From an uncultured Deferribacteres bacterium (GTDB lineage: Bacteria > Zhuqueibacterota > Zhuqueibacteria > Zhuqueibacterales > Geothermadaptataceae): 12,206 nucleotides of DNA. The stretch is from positions 1 to 12,206 of the forward strand of contig CAXHAT010000216.1 in the NCBI GenBank assembly GCA_964014485.1. Direction: 5' to 3'. This document shows positions 1-7,919 of the stretch, one piece after another (the stretch's first letter is position 1; each line of letters opens with the position of its first letter). The notes under the pieces are model-generated. The model searched no databases, was not told the origin of the DNA, and was given only the letters and a program-made list of their open reading frames with translations. The translations under genes were made by a program, and so were the position numbers.

Positions 1-47
1 CTACACCAAGAAGCTCGTCGGCAGCGTCAGATGTGTATAAGAGACAG
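1..47 (+). other. Illumina Nextera i5 adapter (library artefact): P5 3' end + 8-nt index + Read 1 adapter + Tn5 mosaic end
   Basis: 1-6 CTACAC is the end of P5 (...GAGATCTACAC). 7-14 CAAGAAGC occupies the index position. 15-47 TCGTCGGCAGCGTCAGATGTGTATAAGAGACAG is the exact Nextera Read 1 transposase adapter. It translates to the typical contaminant peptides VYKRQ (+) and CLLYTSDAADE (-). Confidence 0.99.
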
Positions 48-640
48 ACAACAGCGTGGCTGAATTTTCCGCCAAAGAACATTAACGACCATTCGCCAAC
101 TTCATTGATTTTCGCGATGAATTCTTGCACAAGAACGTCCGCCGTTTCAATCAGATTATTGACTTTTTCCTGCGCTTCTACGACGTTTTCTTCCGAGACA
201 AGCCAAGTTTGGTAGGCAGTCGCGGAAATCACGGGCTTCACAACGATTTTCTCAAGCCCGCTTTTCTTGAGCAGCGCCGCCAAATCAACCGGCTGTTGTT
301 TTTCAAACCAAAAGGTTTTGGGGATTGAAATGTCAGCCCGCTCCAAATCTCGCAAATACGTCTTCTTCATGTTCCAAAAAACGACGTCCGGCGAATTCCA
401 CAGGTTGACGCCGAGCGCTTCAAGCTTCGAAATCCATTTTGCGAAAGCATCGGGCGCACGATAATAATTCCAGGTTGAACGCAGAATGACAGCGTCGAAT
501 TCGCGCCACTCGACGTCCGCCGAATCCCAAGGAACAGGCTCGACAAGCATGCCGCGTCGCTCTAGTTCTGCCGCCAGATATTTGTCGTCTTCCGTAAGAT
601 TCCGTCGCGCAGCGTAGGTGACAAAAGCTATTTTTTTCAC
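48..640 (-). CDS. RimK-like ATP-grasp ligase (DcsG / glutathione-synthetase-like family), 3'-truncated
   Basis: Not in the ORF track because it has no stop before the window edge. Manual translation from GTG at 640 gives 197 open codons: MKKIAFVTYAARRNLTEDDKYLAAELERRGMLVEPVPWDSADVEWREFDAVILRSTWNYY...LWNSPDVVFWNMKKTYLRDL...IVVKPVISATAYQT...VLVQEFIAKINEVGEWSLMFFGGKFSHAV. The W-D-x4-W-x2-FD, RSTWxY, WNxxKxYL, VVKP, LVQEF and GExSL motifs are characteristic of this ATP-grasp family. The start lies 5 bp after the upstream GNAT stop. Confidence 0.88.
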
Positions 641-645
641 AAGAT

Positions 646-1089
646 TTACCCCAAAATCAATCTCATACATGCGGCGGACGCCGGGCACGCCGATTGAAAT
701 TCCACTGATCTCTTGACGCGATCGTCAGCTTCTTCTCGGGCTATTTTCGTGAACCCTGCCTTTGCGAAAAAAGCTTCGGCGGTCTCGGTGAGAAGATAGA
801 TTTCATCTCCCCCTTGTCTGACGGCGCGCTCGAGAATTTTTTGATACAGCAATCGACCATGCCCTTGCCCTTGAAAATCTTCTGCAACGGCAAGAGAACG
901 AAGCAAGGCAACGCTTCCATACAACTCGAGCCCAACTGTCCCAACGATTTGGTCGGGCGTTTCCAGAACTACAAAATTCTGTAGATTTTCTTTTGCTCCT
1001 TCAAGAGGCAGATTGACGCTGCGCAGGAGGTTTTGCAGCCGAGGCCAATCGGAAAGATCGGCGGAGCGTGAAGATATTTGAGAATTCAT
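646..1089 (-). CDS. GNAT N-acetyltransferase, ArsN2-like (ArgA-related GNAT)
   Basis: Motifs LPxEG, VGxVGLExYGxxALLRSLAV, acetyl-CoA loop QGQGHG, IYLLTETAEAFFxxxGF and C-terminal SxEFxxxCPASAxxM. Start moved from TTG 1140, which lies inside a terminator, to ATG 1089, preceded by GCAGGT. 147 aa. Confidence 0.87.
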   Translation of the reverse strand: MNSQISSRSADLSDWPRLQNLLRSVNLPLEGAKENLQNFVVLETPDQIVGTVGLELYGSVALLRSLAVAEDFQGQGHGRLLYQKILERAVRQGGDEIYLLTETAEAFFAKAGFTKIAREEADDRVKRSVEFQSACPASAACMRLILG

Positions 1090-1117
1090 CTTTAACCTGC
1101 TTTTGTCGTTTGTCCAT

Positions 1118-1158
1118 AAAAAAAAGCGGCTGACGTTCAAAACGAGAGCCGCTTTTTT
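1118..1158 (-). terminator. Rho-independent terminator, potentially bidirectional, downstream of the PQQ dehydrogenase gene
   Basis: Minus strand reads AAAAAA-GCGGCT-ct-CGTT-ttg-AACG-tc-AGCCGC-TTTTTTTT, about 20 bp after the stop at 1179. A/T tracts flank both sides. Confidence 0.85.
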
Positions 1159-1178
1159 ATTTCAAACTAGCGTTGATT

Positions 1179-2513
1179 TCAATGCGCGGCGCCGGTGTAA
1201 ATAATGCGCCAAATGCGGCCTTTCATGGAATCGGACACGTAGAGTGAACCGTCCGGTCCTTGCGCAACACCGGTCGGGCGAGCGCGAACTGAGCGCAAAT
1301 CCATCACTTCATCCATTCCGGCGAATCCGTCCGCGAACGTTTCGTAGCTTGAGCTGGACTTTCCGTTTTCGAACGGCACAAAGGAGATTTGGAAGCCGGC
1401 TTGCGCGGAAGGCGCACGGTTCCACGAACCATGAAAAGCGATGAAGGCGCCGTTTCGGTAGCGTTCCGGGAACTGCTTGCCGGTGTAAAAAATCATGTCG
1501 TTGGGCGCCCAGTGCGCAGGGAAGGCAATCAGCGGGTCTTTGCATTCTTCACAGCGCCCGGTGATTTGGGCGTCGCCGCCGTATTCAGGCGCCAGGAGCT
1601 TCTTGTTTTGAGCACCGTCGTAATAGCAATATGGCCAGCCAAAATCGTCGCCTTCTTCAACGGCAAAAAACTCTTCGGCGGGCAGCTCCGCGTTTTGCGG
1701 CTGGGTGTAAATATCCGGGAAAAATGTATCTAGCTGATCGCGTCCGTGCTGCACGGCGTAGAGTTTTCTTTCGGCGGGATGCCAATCCAGCGCCATCGCA
1801 TTTCTAATTCCGGCTGCAAATCGAATGGCGTCGCTTTCTTGTTTTTGGCCCGTTTTATCAGCTCGGAAACGCCAAATCCCCGCCTGACGATCGAGCTGAG
1901 GGCACGGGTCCAAGCCGGGGGAACCCGGGGTGCGCATTTGCTCCATACATGCGTTTGAAGGAGCGCCGACGTTAACGTACATATAACCGGCGTCATCAAA
2001 AGCGAAGGGTTTGGCCGCGTGTTGCCGTTGGCGGATAAAACCGTCGGCGATGAGCTCCGGTTCGCCGGAAGGAACAAGTTCGCCGCTATTCAATTTGTAG
2101 CGCACGATGGACGTATCAGAGCCAAAATAAAGGTAGCCTCGATGCGCTTCAATCGCCGTCCCGACTTGCGCGCCGAACCTTTCGGTTACGTCCGCCGCGC
2201 CGTCGCCGTCTTCATCTCGCAATGCAACGACGCCAAGCCCGTCCTGCGAGCGCCCAAGAGCTACATAAACGTCGCCGCTTTCGCTAACGGTGAGATGGCG
2301 CGCGCGCCCAACACCTTCAGCGACAACGACGGCGCAAAAACCGTCAGGCAATTTCAAACCGTCGTGATTTTCAGCGCAAACGAGGCGTTCGTCCGGCTTT
2401 GTCGTTTCATCTGAATCGCCTTGAGTGCAAGCGTTTATAAGTGCGCTAACAATAAAAAGCGCGCCGATTTGCGCTATCGTTTTTAATAACGAGCAGCTTC
2501 GAAAAATCCGCAT
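1179..2513 (-). CDS. PQQ-dependent sugar dehydrogenase / L-sorbosone dehydrogenase family beta-propeller lipoprotein
   Basis: Motifs LKLPDGF, ARHLTV, DxDGDGxAD, GAPSNAC, GIRNAMAL, HGRDQL, ELPAEEF, DFGWPYCY, PAHWAPNDM, AFHGSWNR, RPTGVAQGPDGSLYVSD and GRIWRI. True start is ATG 2513 with a strong RBS (GGAGGAGG). Basic N-terminus, hydrophobic stretch and lipobox-like INA-C. Confidence 0.9.
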   Translation of the reverse strand: MRIFRSCSLLKTIAQIGALFIVSALINACTQGDSDETTKPDERLVCAENHDGLKLPDGFCAVVVAEGVGRARHLTVSESGDVYVALGRSQDGLGVVALRDEDGDGAADVTERFGAQVGTAIEAHRGYLYFGSDTSIVRYKLNSGELVPSGEPELIADGFIRQRQHAAKPFAFDDAGYMYVNVGAPSNACMEQMRTPGSPGLDPCPQLDRQAGIWRFRADKTGQKQESDAIRFAAGIRNAMALDWHPAERKLYAVQHGRDQLDTFFPDIYTQPQNAELPAEEFFAVEEGDDFGWPYCYYDGAQNKKLLAPEYGGDAQITGRCEECKDPLIAFPAHWAPNDMIFYTGKQFPERYRNGAFIAFHGSWNRAPSAQAGFQISFVPFENGKSSSSYETFADGFAGMDEVMDLRSVRARPTGVAQGPDGSLYVSDSMKGRIWRIIYTGAAH

Positions 2514-2644
2514 TTTTCCTCCTCCGAAATGAGAAATAATTGCTTTGATTGAATGGGGGTGACACGGGGCTCTGGATAACAAAAAGTCGTGAACGATAAA
2601 AGCGTAATCGTCCGATTATGCAAGGGCGTTCAACGGCGGGACGA

Positions 2645-4867
2645 TCATTTTATTCGAACGGCGACTATGGTCAGATCGTCGATGGGCGGCTTGCCCTGGG
2701 TATACTGATCGATGGTGGAATAGATTTGATCAACCAACTCATTTAGTGGCCGTTCGCAGTTTTCAGACAAGGTTTTTTCAAGTCTTTCTTCCCCAAAAAG
2801 GCGATCATCAGAGTCTATCGTCTCGGTCAGTCCATCCGTGTAAAGTAAAAGCGTGTCGCCCTTTTCCAACTGAATGATCGACTCTTCATAACGAATATTA
2901 GCTTTTGCTCCCAAAATCAAATTGACGTCTTTGAGCGTAATAATTTTCTTTTTGCGGCAAAGCAGAGGGTAGTTATGCCCTGCATTGGTGAACGTCAGTC
3001 TTCGTTTTTTATAATCCAGAACGCCATAGAAAAAGGTGATATATTTCTGCGCTGAAATCGACTTTGCCAAGTGATCGTTGACGCATTCGACCAATTTCGC
3101 CGGAGAGTCTTTCTCAACAACAAACGTTCGAAACACTGCTTGCAAGTTCGACATCAACATGGCTCCCGGGATGCCTTTCCCGGAAACGTCACCAATCGCT
3201 ACGCCTAACTTTTCGCCAGGCAGTTCGATCAAATCGTAGTAGTCGCCGCCGATTTCGTATGACGGCGTGCTCATAGCGCTAAGTTCGTAATGGTCGTTTT
3301 GCGGCGTTGCCGTCGGCAGCAAAAGACGCTGAATTTCTTTTGCGACTGCCAATTCACGCTCAATTTGTTGTTTAACCAGCATTTCCTGGTAGAGACCAAG
3401 ATTCTCCAGAGCTATCGCCAATTGATCCGCCAACAACGACAATCGGTTAAGCTCGTCGACCGTGTATGCCGTCCTGGTGATCTTTCGCCCCAAAGCGAGA
3501 ACGCCGTATCGTTCGCCGCGATGATGGAGCGGAAAAAGGAGGTTGGCGCGATAGTGTTGCAACCGTCTGTGCTCTTCCGTTTGCCAAAGCTCGCCGTCAA
3601 TCTCGCTCAGAAAAAGGGCGCGTTTTTCGTTCAGGAGAGCGTCCAAAATTGGACTGTCATTCGAGATAAAAAGCTCTCCGCCGCGTTCGCCGCGAATGGG
3701 TGTTGCAAAACCGTCGGGTTTTTGAGGAAGAAAGAGATAGACGGAATCGATCAGCATCGATTCCGTCAAAACGTTCGTCACTCTTTCCCGCAATTGTTCG
3801 GGTTTGAAAAGCGTCAGAATTTCGCGGTTTAGCTCCTGCAAAGCTTCCGCATAATTACCAAGCCTTTTTCGGAGCAGTCGATCAACCGTGTTTTCTATAA
3901 GATTGAGAAACGGTTGAAAACCGATCACCGTGAGAATGAGAAACCCGGCTTCGACAAACTGTGCATGCTCCGGAGCAATGTTGCGTGCAAACTGTCGCAC
4001 TTCACCGTACAGCAACAAATAGATCGCAACCAATAGACCGGACGAGACGGAAACAATGAAGCCGCGTCGAATAATATACTTTATTTCCAGAAATTGGTGG
4101 CGAATGATCGCCCAGGTAATTCCTCCCGCCCCAAGCGCCAGGCCGATCAGCGTAAAAGTATGCGAAAGCGACGGTTTGACCGTGATTTTCAGAATGTCGG
4201 GCAACAGAAAAGACAACGCGTACAGCCCCGTACTAACCCGTAATCCCCACAAAACCATCTTGACCTGTTCGCGCAACGCGTAACTTGTAATTTTCGCGAA
4301 ACTCAGATGCATCAATGCCAGCGCGGCGAAAATATAGAAGAAATTTATCCCGGAAAAATAAGCGCGATGATGCTCAAAAAGCCAAGAGATCAAAACGCCG
4401 ACATACTGAACGCCTGCGTTTATGGGCTTAAACCAGGCCGGTACGGTTTCAAAAAAAGGTGCGAGGTCGAAAAACTGCTGGATATGCGCCGCCGAATCGA
4501 AGGCCACGACCAGCACAAAATGCATCGCCTGGGGCAAGTAGAAAAGAATATAAAGTCGCGGGTAATAATTAAGCGCTTTGTGTTGTGTTGGGAAAACGAG
4601 CGAGAAAAGAACGAGCTGCGGGAAAAAGAACTCCCAAATCGTGGCGTAGCGAAACAATTGCGTGAAGTTTTCAGCAGCGGAAGCATTGTTTTCTACGAGC
4701 AGGCCAAGAGCGGTAAAAAGCGGACCTAAGGCGGCTAGAAAAAGAAGGACGGCGAGAATTCTGCTGACTTTTTGGCGCGGATTTTCTCGAAGAATAAGCC
4801 AGCCAAGCAACAAGATGTAAACGCCGGCAATAAAATAAAAAACATTTATGGCGTTCTGAAAAAGCAT
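2645..4867 (-). CDS. Membrane-bound sensor phosphatase: N-terminal multi-TM domain + GAF + SpoIIE/PP2C (RsbU-like)
   Basis: About 8-9 hydrophobic segments in the first ~320 aa. GAF-like segment (LFPLHHRGERYGVLALG...YTVDELNRLSLLADQLAIALEN). Coiled linker ERELAVAKEIQRLLLP. Intact PP2C motifs GGDYYD, GDVSGKG, NAGH, LYTDGLTE and DDLT. Start overlaps the upstream stop (TAATG). Confidence 0.93.
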   Translation of the reverse strand: MLFQNAINVFYFIAGVYILLLGWLILRENPRQKVSRILAVLLFLAALGPLFTALGLLVENNASAAENFTQLFRYATIWEFFFPQLVLFSLVFPTQHKALNYYPRLYILFYLPQAMHFVLVVAFDSAAHIQQFFDLAPFFETVPAWFKPINAGVQYVGVLISWLFEHHRAYFSGINFFYIFAALALMHLSFAKITSYALREQVKMVLWGLRVSTGLYALSFLLPDILKITVKPSLSHTFTLIGLALGAGGITWAIIRHQFLEIKYIIRRGFIVSVSSGLLVAIYLLLYGEVRQFARNIAPEHAQFVEAGFLILTVIGFQPFLNLIENTVDRLLRKRLGNYAEALQELNREILTLFKPEQLRERVTNVLTESMLIDSVYLFLPQKPDGFATPIRGERGGELFISNDSPILDALLNEKRALFLSEIDGELWQTEEHRRLQHYRANLLFPLHHRGERYGVLALGRKITRTAYTVDELNRLSLLADQLAIALENLGLYQEMLVKQQIERELAVAKEIQRLLLPTATPQNDHYELSAMSTPSYEIGGDYYDLIELPGEKLGVAIGDVSGKGIPGAMLMSNLQAVFRTFVVEKDSPAKLVECVNDHLAKSISAQKYITFFYGVLDYKKRRLTFTNAGHNYPLLCRKKKIITLKDVNLILGAKANIRYEESIIQLEKGDTLLLYTDGLTETIDSDDRLFGEERLEKTLSENCERPLNELVDQIYSTIDQYTQGKPPIDDLTIVAVRIK

Positions 4868-5289
4868 TAAGTCGTTCTGGATTTCACCAGCGTTACAGTC
4901 GTCCCCGTTCCGTCAAAATCGAATAAAACTTCATCCATGAGGGATTTGAGGATAAAAACGCCGCGCCCGCTCTCTTTCAGCAAATTCTCGGGATCAAGCG
5001 GGTCGGGAATACCGTCTGGATCGAACCCTCCGCCTTCATCTTTGATCACGACTCTAAAAGCGGCGGGATCAGCGAACATACTCAACTGCACTTTCTTGGA
5101 TGCGTCGCGTTTATTGCCGTGAATCACGGCGTTGTTGAAAGCTTCGGTAACGGCAATGGCAATCGTTCCGCATTCGTCATCATCGAATTTCATGGAACGG
5201 GTCACGCGCTCAGTGAGTTCTTCAACCTTTTCTACATTTTCAACTTCGCTGGATAGCACCAGCTTGTACTCTTTTGTCGTCTGTCCCAT
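4867..5289 (-). CDS. Anti-sigma factor / Ser-Thr kinase, RsbW/SpoIIAB-like (HATPase_c_2)
   Basis: N-box AVTEAFNNAVIHGN, G1 box DEGGGFD, G2 box ESGRGVFILKSLMDEV and terminal GTTVTLVK. 140 aa. Confidence 0.93.
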   Translation of the reverse strand: MGQTTKEYKLVLSSEVENVEKVEELTERVTRSMKFDDDECGTIAIAVTEAFNNAVIHGNKRDASKKVQLSMFADPAAFRVVIKDEGGGFDPDGIPDPLDPENLLKESGRGVFILKSLMDEVLFDFDGTGTTVTLVKSRTT

Positions 5290-5311
5290 TTTCAGTTATC
5301 ACTCGTTATCG

Positions 5312-7204
5312 TCAAAATGTCCACTGTACAGAGAGTTGAAAATCGTTAAGAAAATAAGATTCCCCCTGAAATGGAAATACTTTCTGCCGTTGCCCGAAAA
5401 AATGTAGGATTGAACCGTTTTTCGCCAAATAGTCGAACTCAACAAACGGCCCGACATTTGTCAAAGTGCTCAGCGGGTCTCTTAAAAGTTCACCGTCGGC
5501 GTCAACGAGAAATTGCCGTCGCGTTTGCCGATAAATCGCCGCTCCGGATGAGAATCGCATCGCTCTGCTGAATTTCTGCGAAAACTTCAAGCTAAACCAA
5601 TGGTTCAACAATTCCGATTGCGGTCTTGAGCTAAATTCGGCCCAATTCAAATTACCCAATTCTTCAATTTCCAGCCTGTAGTTCAAAGTCATGTCGATCT
5701 TGTCGCTGATCGGCAGGGCGAGCGAGTCATAGAGAAAAAAGTTGCGCACAACGTAGCTGTTTATCGACGCTGAAAATTGGTCGAAATCAAATTCGGTGTA
5801 CTGCGCTCGCACGGCCGCTCGCTGCACAAAAGCGACTCTTTTGGAATGATTATACCTGATCTCAGGCTGGATTTGCAAAAATCGGCTCTTATTATTTTGC
5901 GAGGACAGCCGGCTGTTGAGATAGACAAAGTGCTTCAAAAACGCGCTCAATTCCCAGGAAAATGTTAAACGCTGCGTCAATTTCCTTTCATGCGAAAGCG
6001 CTACCTGCAACCGTTGCTCGTCAAAAGTGTCGGGATTGAGGGAATCGGAGTTGTTGTGTTCGAGCTTGGTGAGTTCGGCAAAAAAACGAAGTCGGTCTTT
6101 CGCGCCGGCATTCATGCTCAAACGTTGTGAAAGGTTGGTTGCGCGAGTCGTCAAGTCATAGCCAAATGATGCAAAGCGCCGCGAAAAGGGCGTGAATCCG
6201 GTCGAATCCTGTAAATCGTAAGTGATTGAGCTTTCCGAAGTTTTGAGCCCGGCTTGCCACTGAATTTTATTAAGCGCCAAATGATAGCGCAGATCGTTTT
6301 CAATAAAAAAATCATTGTGCGCTCTCGCCGCCTTTTTAACGCCTCTTTCCAATTCGCGAAAATCCACCCGTCCCGACGTTATTGTCGTATTTAATAGAAT
6401 GGCCGAGTTCGCTCCGGCCCGGTAGGTCAAGTGATTGCGCACGCCTTGCTGTCTTTTTCGCAAGCTTTCAACACGGTCGAATTGCGTGAAAGAAACATAA
6501 TTATCGCGGCGTACGCCATCGAGAAAAACTTCGAGCGAATCGGAAGTTCCGGGCTGAAATTCGCGGAAAAACGAATAAGTAAAGCGCACATCGCCGTTTT
6601 GGCGTTGCGGAAAAAAGGTGCGTGAGAAAAAGCCGTCGAAATTATGACGCGCTTCAGAAACTTTAAGGTTTTCTAACCTGCCGCCCAAGCTGAGGTGCGG
6701 GCCGCCTTCCTGAATCGCAGCTCGTCTTTCCCATTTGTAGCCGGCCTCAGGCTGTAAATTGAAGGATTTTTTAAATCGCCACATTACGCCTACTTTTGCA
6801 AACGATTCGTTGCGGTCAAAATTGAATGACGACAACTCGTCCCGGAAAATTTGATGTTCAAATTGCGTCAAAAAATTGACCGACGAATTAAATGCGTAAG
6901 CCGTTTTTAGCAGCCCAATTTGGTTGTCCTTCCACTTTTTCCCTTCACTGTCATCGATCAAAGACGTCGTAATGTTGACCAAACCTACAAAAGACAAACG
7001 CTTGTAACGTCCTCCATGGCCCAATTTATATTGCCAATCGAAAACGCTATGCTGATATGTGAAATCGGTGGTGTTGACAGGGTTGATTTCAAAATGGGCG
7101 TTTTGGCCGAAAGCGAATGCATTCAAAAACAAGGCTATGCTGAATTGCACACTTAGGGGGGGCAGGCGGCGGCGGGATGTTCCGAACGTAGGAAAAAACA
7201 TCAT
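5312..7204 (-). CDS. Hypothetical exported protein, probable outer-membrane beta-barrel
   Basis: 630-aa ORF co-oriented with its neighbours, with AGGA RBS. Signal-peptide-like N-terminus (RRR...FSIALFLNAFAFG|Q). Many alternating amphipathic, aromatic-rich segments. Ends in a BAM beta-signal-like FQLSVQWTF with terminal Phe. I do not recognise the family. Confidence 0.72.
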   Translation of the reverse strand: MMFFPTFGTSRRRLPPLSVQFSIALFLNAFAFGQNAHFEINPVNTTDFTYQHSVFDWQYKLGHGGRYKRLSFVGLVNITTSLIDDSEGKKWKDNQIGLLKTAYAFNSSVNFLTQFEHQIFRDELSSFNFDRNESFAKVGVMWRFKKSFNLQPEAGYKWERRAAIQEGGPHLSLGGRLENLKVSEARHNFDGFFSRTFFPQRQNGDVRFTYSFFREFQPGTSDSLEVFLDGVRRDNYVSFTQFDRVESLRKRQQGVRNHLTYRAGANSAILLNTTITSGRVDFRELERGVKKAARAHNDFFIENDLRYHLALNKIQWQAGLKTSESSITYDLQDSTGFTPFSRRFASFGYDLTTRATNLSQRLSMNAGAKDRLRFFAELTKLEHNNSDSLNPDTFDEQRLQVALSHERKLTQRLTFSWELSAFLKHFVYLNSRLSSQNNKSRFLQIQPEIRYNHSKRVAFVQRAAVRAQYTEFDFDQFSASINSYVVRNFFLYDSLALPISDKIDMTLNYRLEIEELGNLNWAEFSSRPQSELLNHWFSLKFSQKFSRAMRFSSGAAIYRQTRRQFLVDADGELLRDPLSTLTNVGPFVEFDYLAKNGSILHFFGQRQKVFPFQGESYFLNDFQLSVQWTF

Positions 7205-7274
7205 TTTTCCTGTTTATTCTCATCCGGTTAGAGTCGGGACAAGAACGCAATCAAGTGCGTGCTGAATTGCGCCG

Positions 7275-7919
7275 CTACAAATGAGCGCTCACAAAAGACT
7301 TGTTGGGTACAATCGATCCGCCTGAGATGACTAGCTTCAAGGCTTCTTCAACCGGGAGGTCGAGTTCGGTGATCTGATCTTTGGGCACAAAAAGGAGAAA
7401 ACCGCTTGTCGGGTTCGGCACTGTGATCACAATAATGCTGACAACGTCTTCCGGCAGAGAGTCTTGCACGACGCCTTTTGTATCCTGAGTATAAAACCCG
7501 ATCGAATAAATGCCCTTCCGCGGATATTCGAAAAGAACGGCTTTTTTAAAAACTTCGCGGTGCTCGCCTAAAAACGCCTGACTGATTTGTTGAATCGTCG
7601 CATAAATGCGATTGATGATCGGAATGCGCGTCACAACCCTGTCACCGACGTCGATTACTTTTTTACCGATGTAGTTGCGCGCCGCCGCGCCAACGGCAAG
7701 AATGAGAATGACGAGCGCTATAAAACCCAAACCCGGAATCTTCTGATCGCCAAGCGGGAAAAACGCATAGACGTAGTCATCCAAAATGCCGTCGATGGCG
7801 GTGAAGAGAAGGTTGATAATGTAAACGGTGAGAGAAATGGGCACAAGCACGAGCATTCCCGTGACAAAATAGTTCCGGAAACGCCTGGCCGCGCCTTGAG
7901 AAGGAGTGGTCTTGCTCAT
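7275..7919 (-). CDS. DUF502 family membrane protein (COV1-like)
   Basis: YFVTGMLVLVPISLT, IPGLG, RIPIINRIYATIQQI, VLFEYPRKGIYSIGF, TVPNPTSGFL and VEEALKLVISGG match the DUF502 pattern. Confidence 0.92.
   Translation of the reverse strand: MSKTTPSQGAARRFRNYFVTGMLVLVPISLTVYIINLLFTAIDGILDDYVYAFFPLGDQKIPGLGFIALVILILAVGAAARNYIGKKVIDVGDRVVTRIPIINRIYATIQQISQAFLGEHREVFKKAVLFEYPRKGIYSIGFYTQDTKGVVQDSLPEDVVSIIVITVPNPTSGFLLFVPKDQITELDLPVEEALKLVISGGSIVPNKSFVSAHL

Noticed and set aside
29..47. Tn5/IS50 mosaic end as a genuine transposon end
   Set aside because: It is the synthetic 19-bp mosaic end embedded in the full Nextera adapter with P5 tail and index. No transposase is nearby.
33..464. Plus-strand ORFs 33..215, 125..328 and 267..464
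   Set aside because: The first starts inside the adapter. All are antisense shadows of the minus-strand ATP-grasp gene and lack recognisable motifs.
617..628. GGTGACAAAAGC matching 12125-12136 in inverted orientation, suggesting terminal repeats around the whole gene block
   Set aside because: Only 12 bp, and one copy lies inside the ATP-grasp coding sequence. Compatible with chance.
1090..1140. 17-aa N-terminal extension of the GNAT given by the ORF track
   Set aside because: It runs through the terminator hairpin. ATG 1089 has an RBS and matches the family start.
1536..1553. CEECK in the dehydrogenase as an NrfA-type CxxCK haem-binding motif
   Set aside because: It lies in a loop of a PQQ-type beta-propeller with no cytochrome fold or dedicated maturation genes. 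A disulfide or chance explains it better.
2514..2582. 23-aa N-terminal extension of the PQQ dehydrogenase
   Set aside because: ATG 2513 has a GGAGGAGG RBS and places the lipoprotein signal peptide at the N-terminus.
3290..4729. Long plus-strand ORFs (180, 75 and 140 aa) opposite the phosphatase
   Set aside because: Fully antisense to a well-supported gene, with no domain-like motifs.
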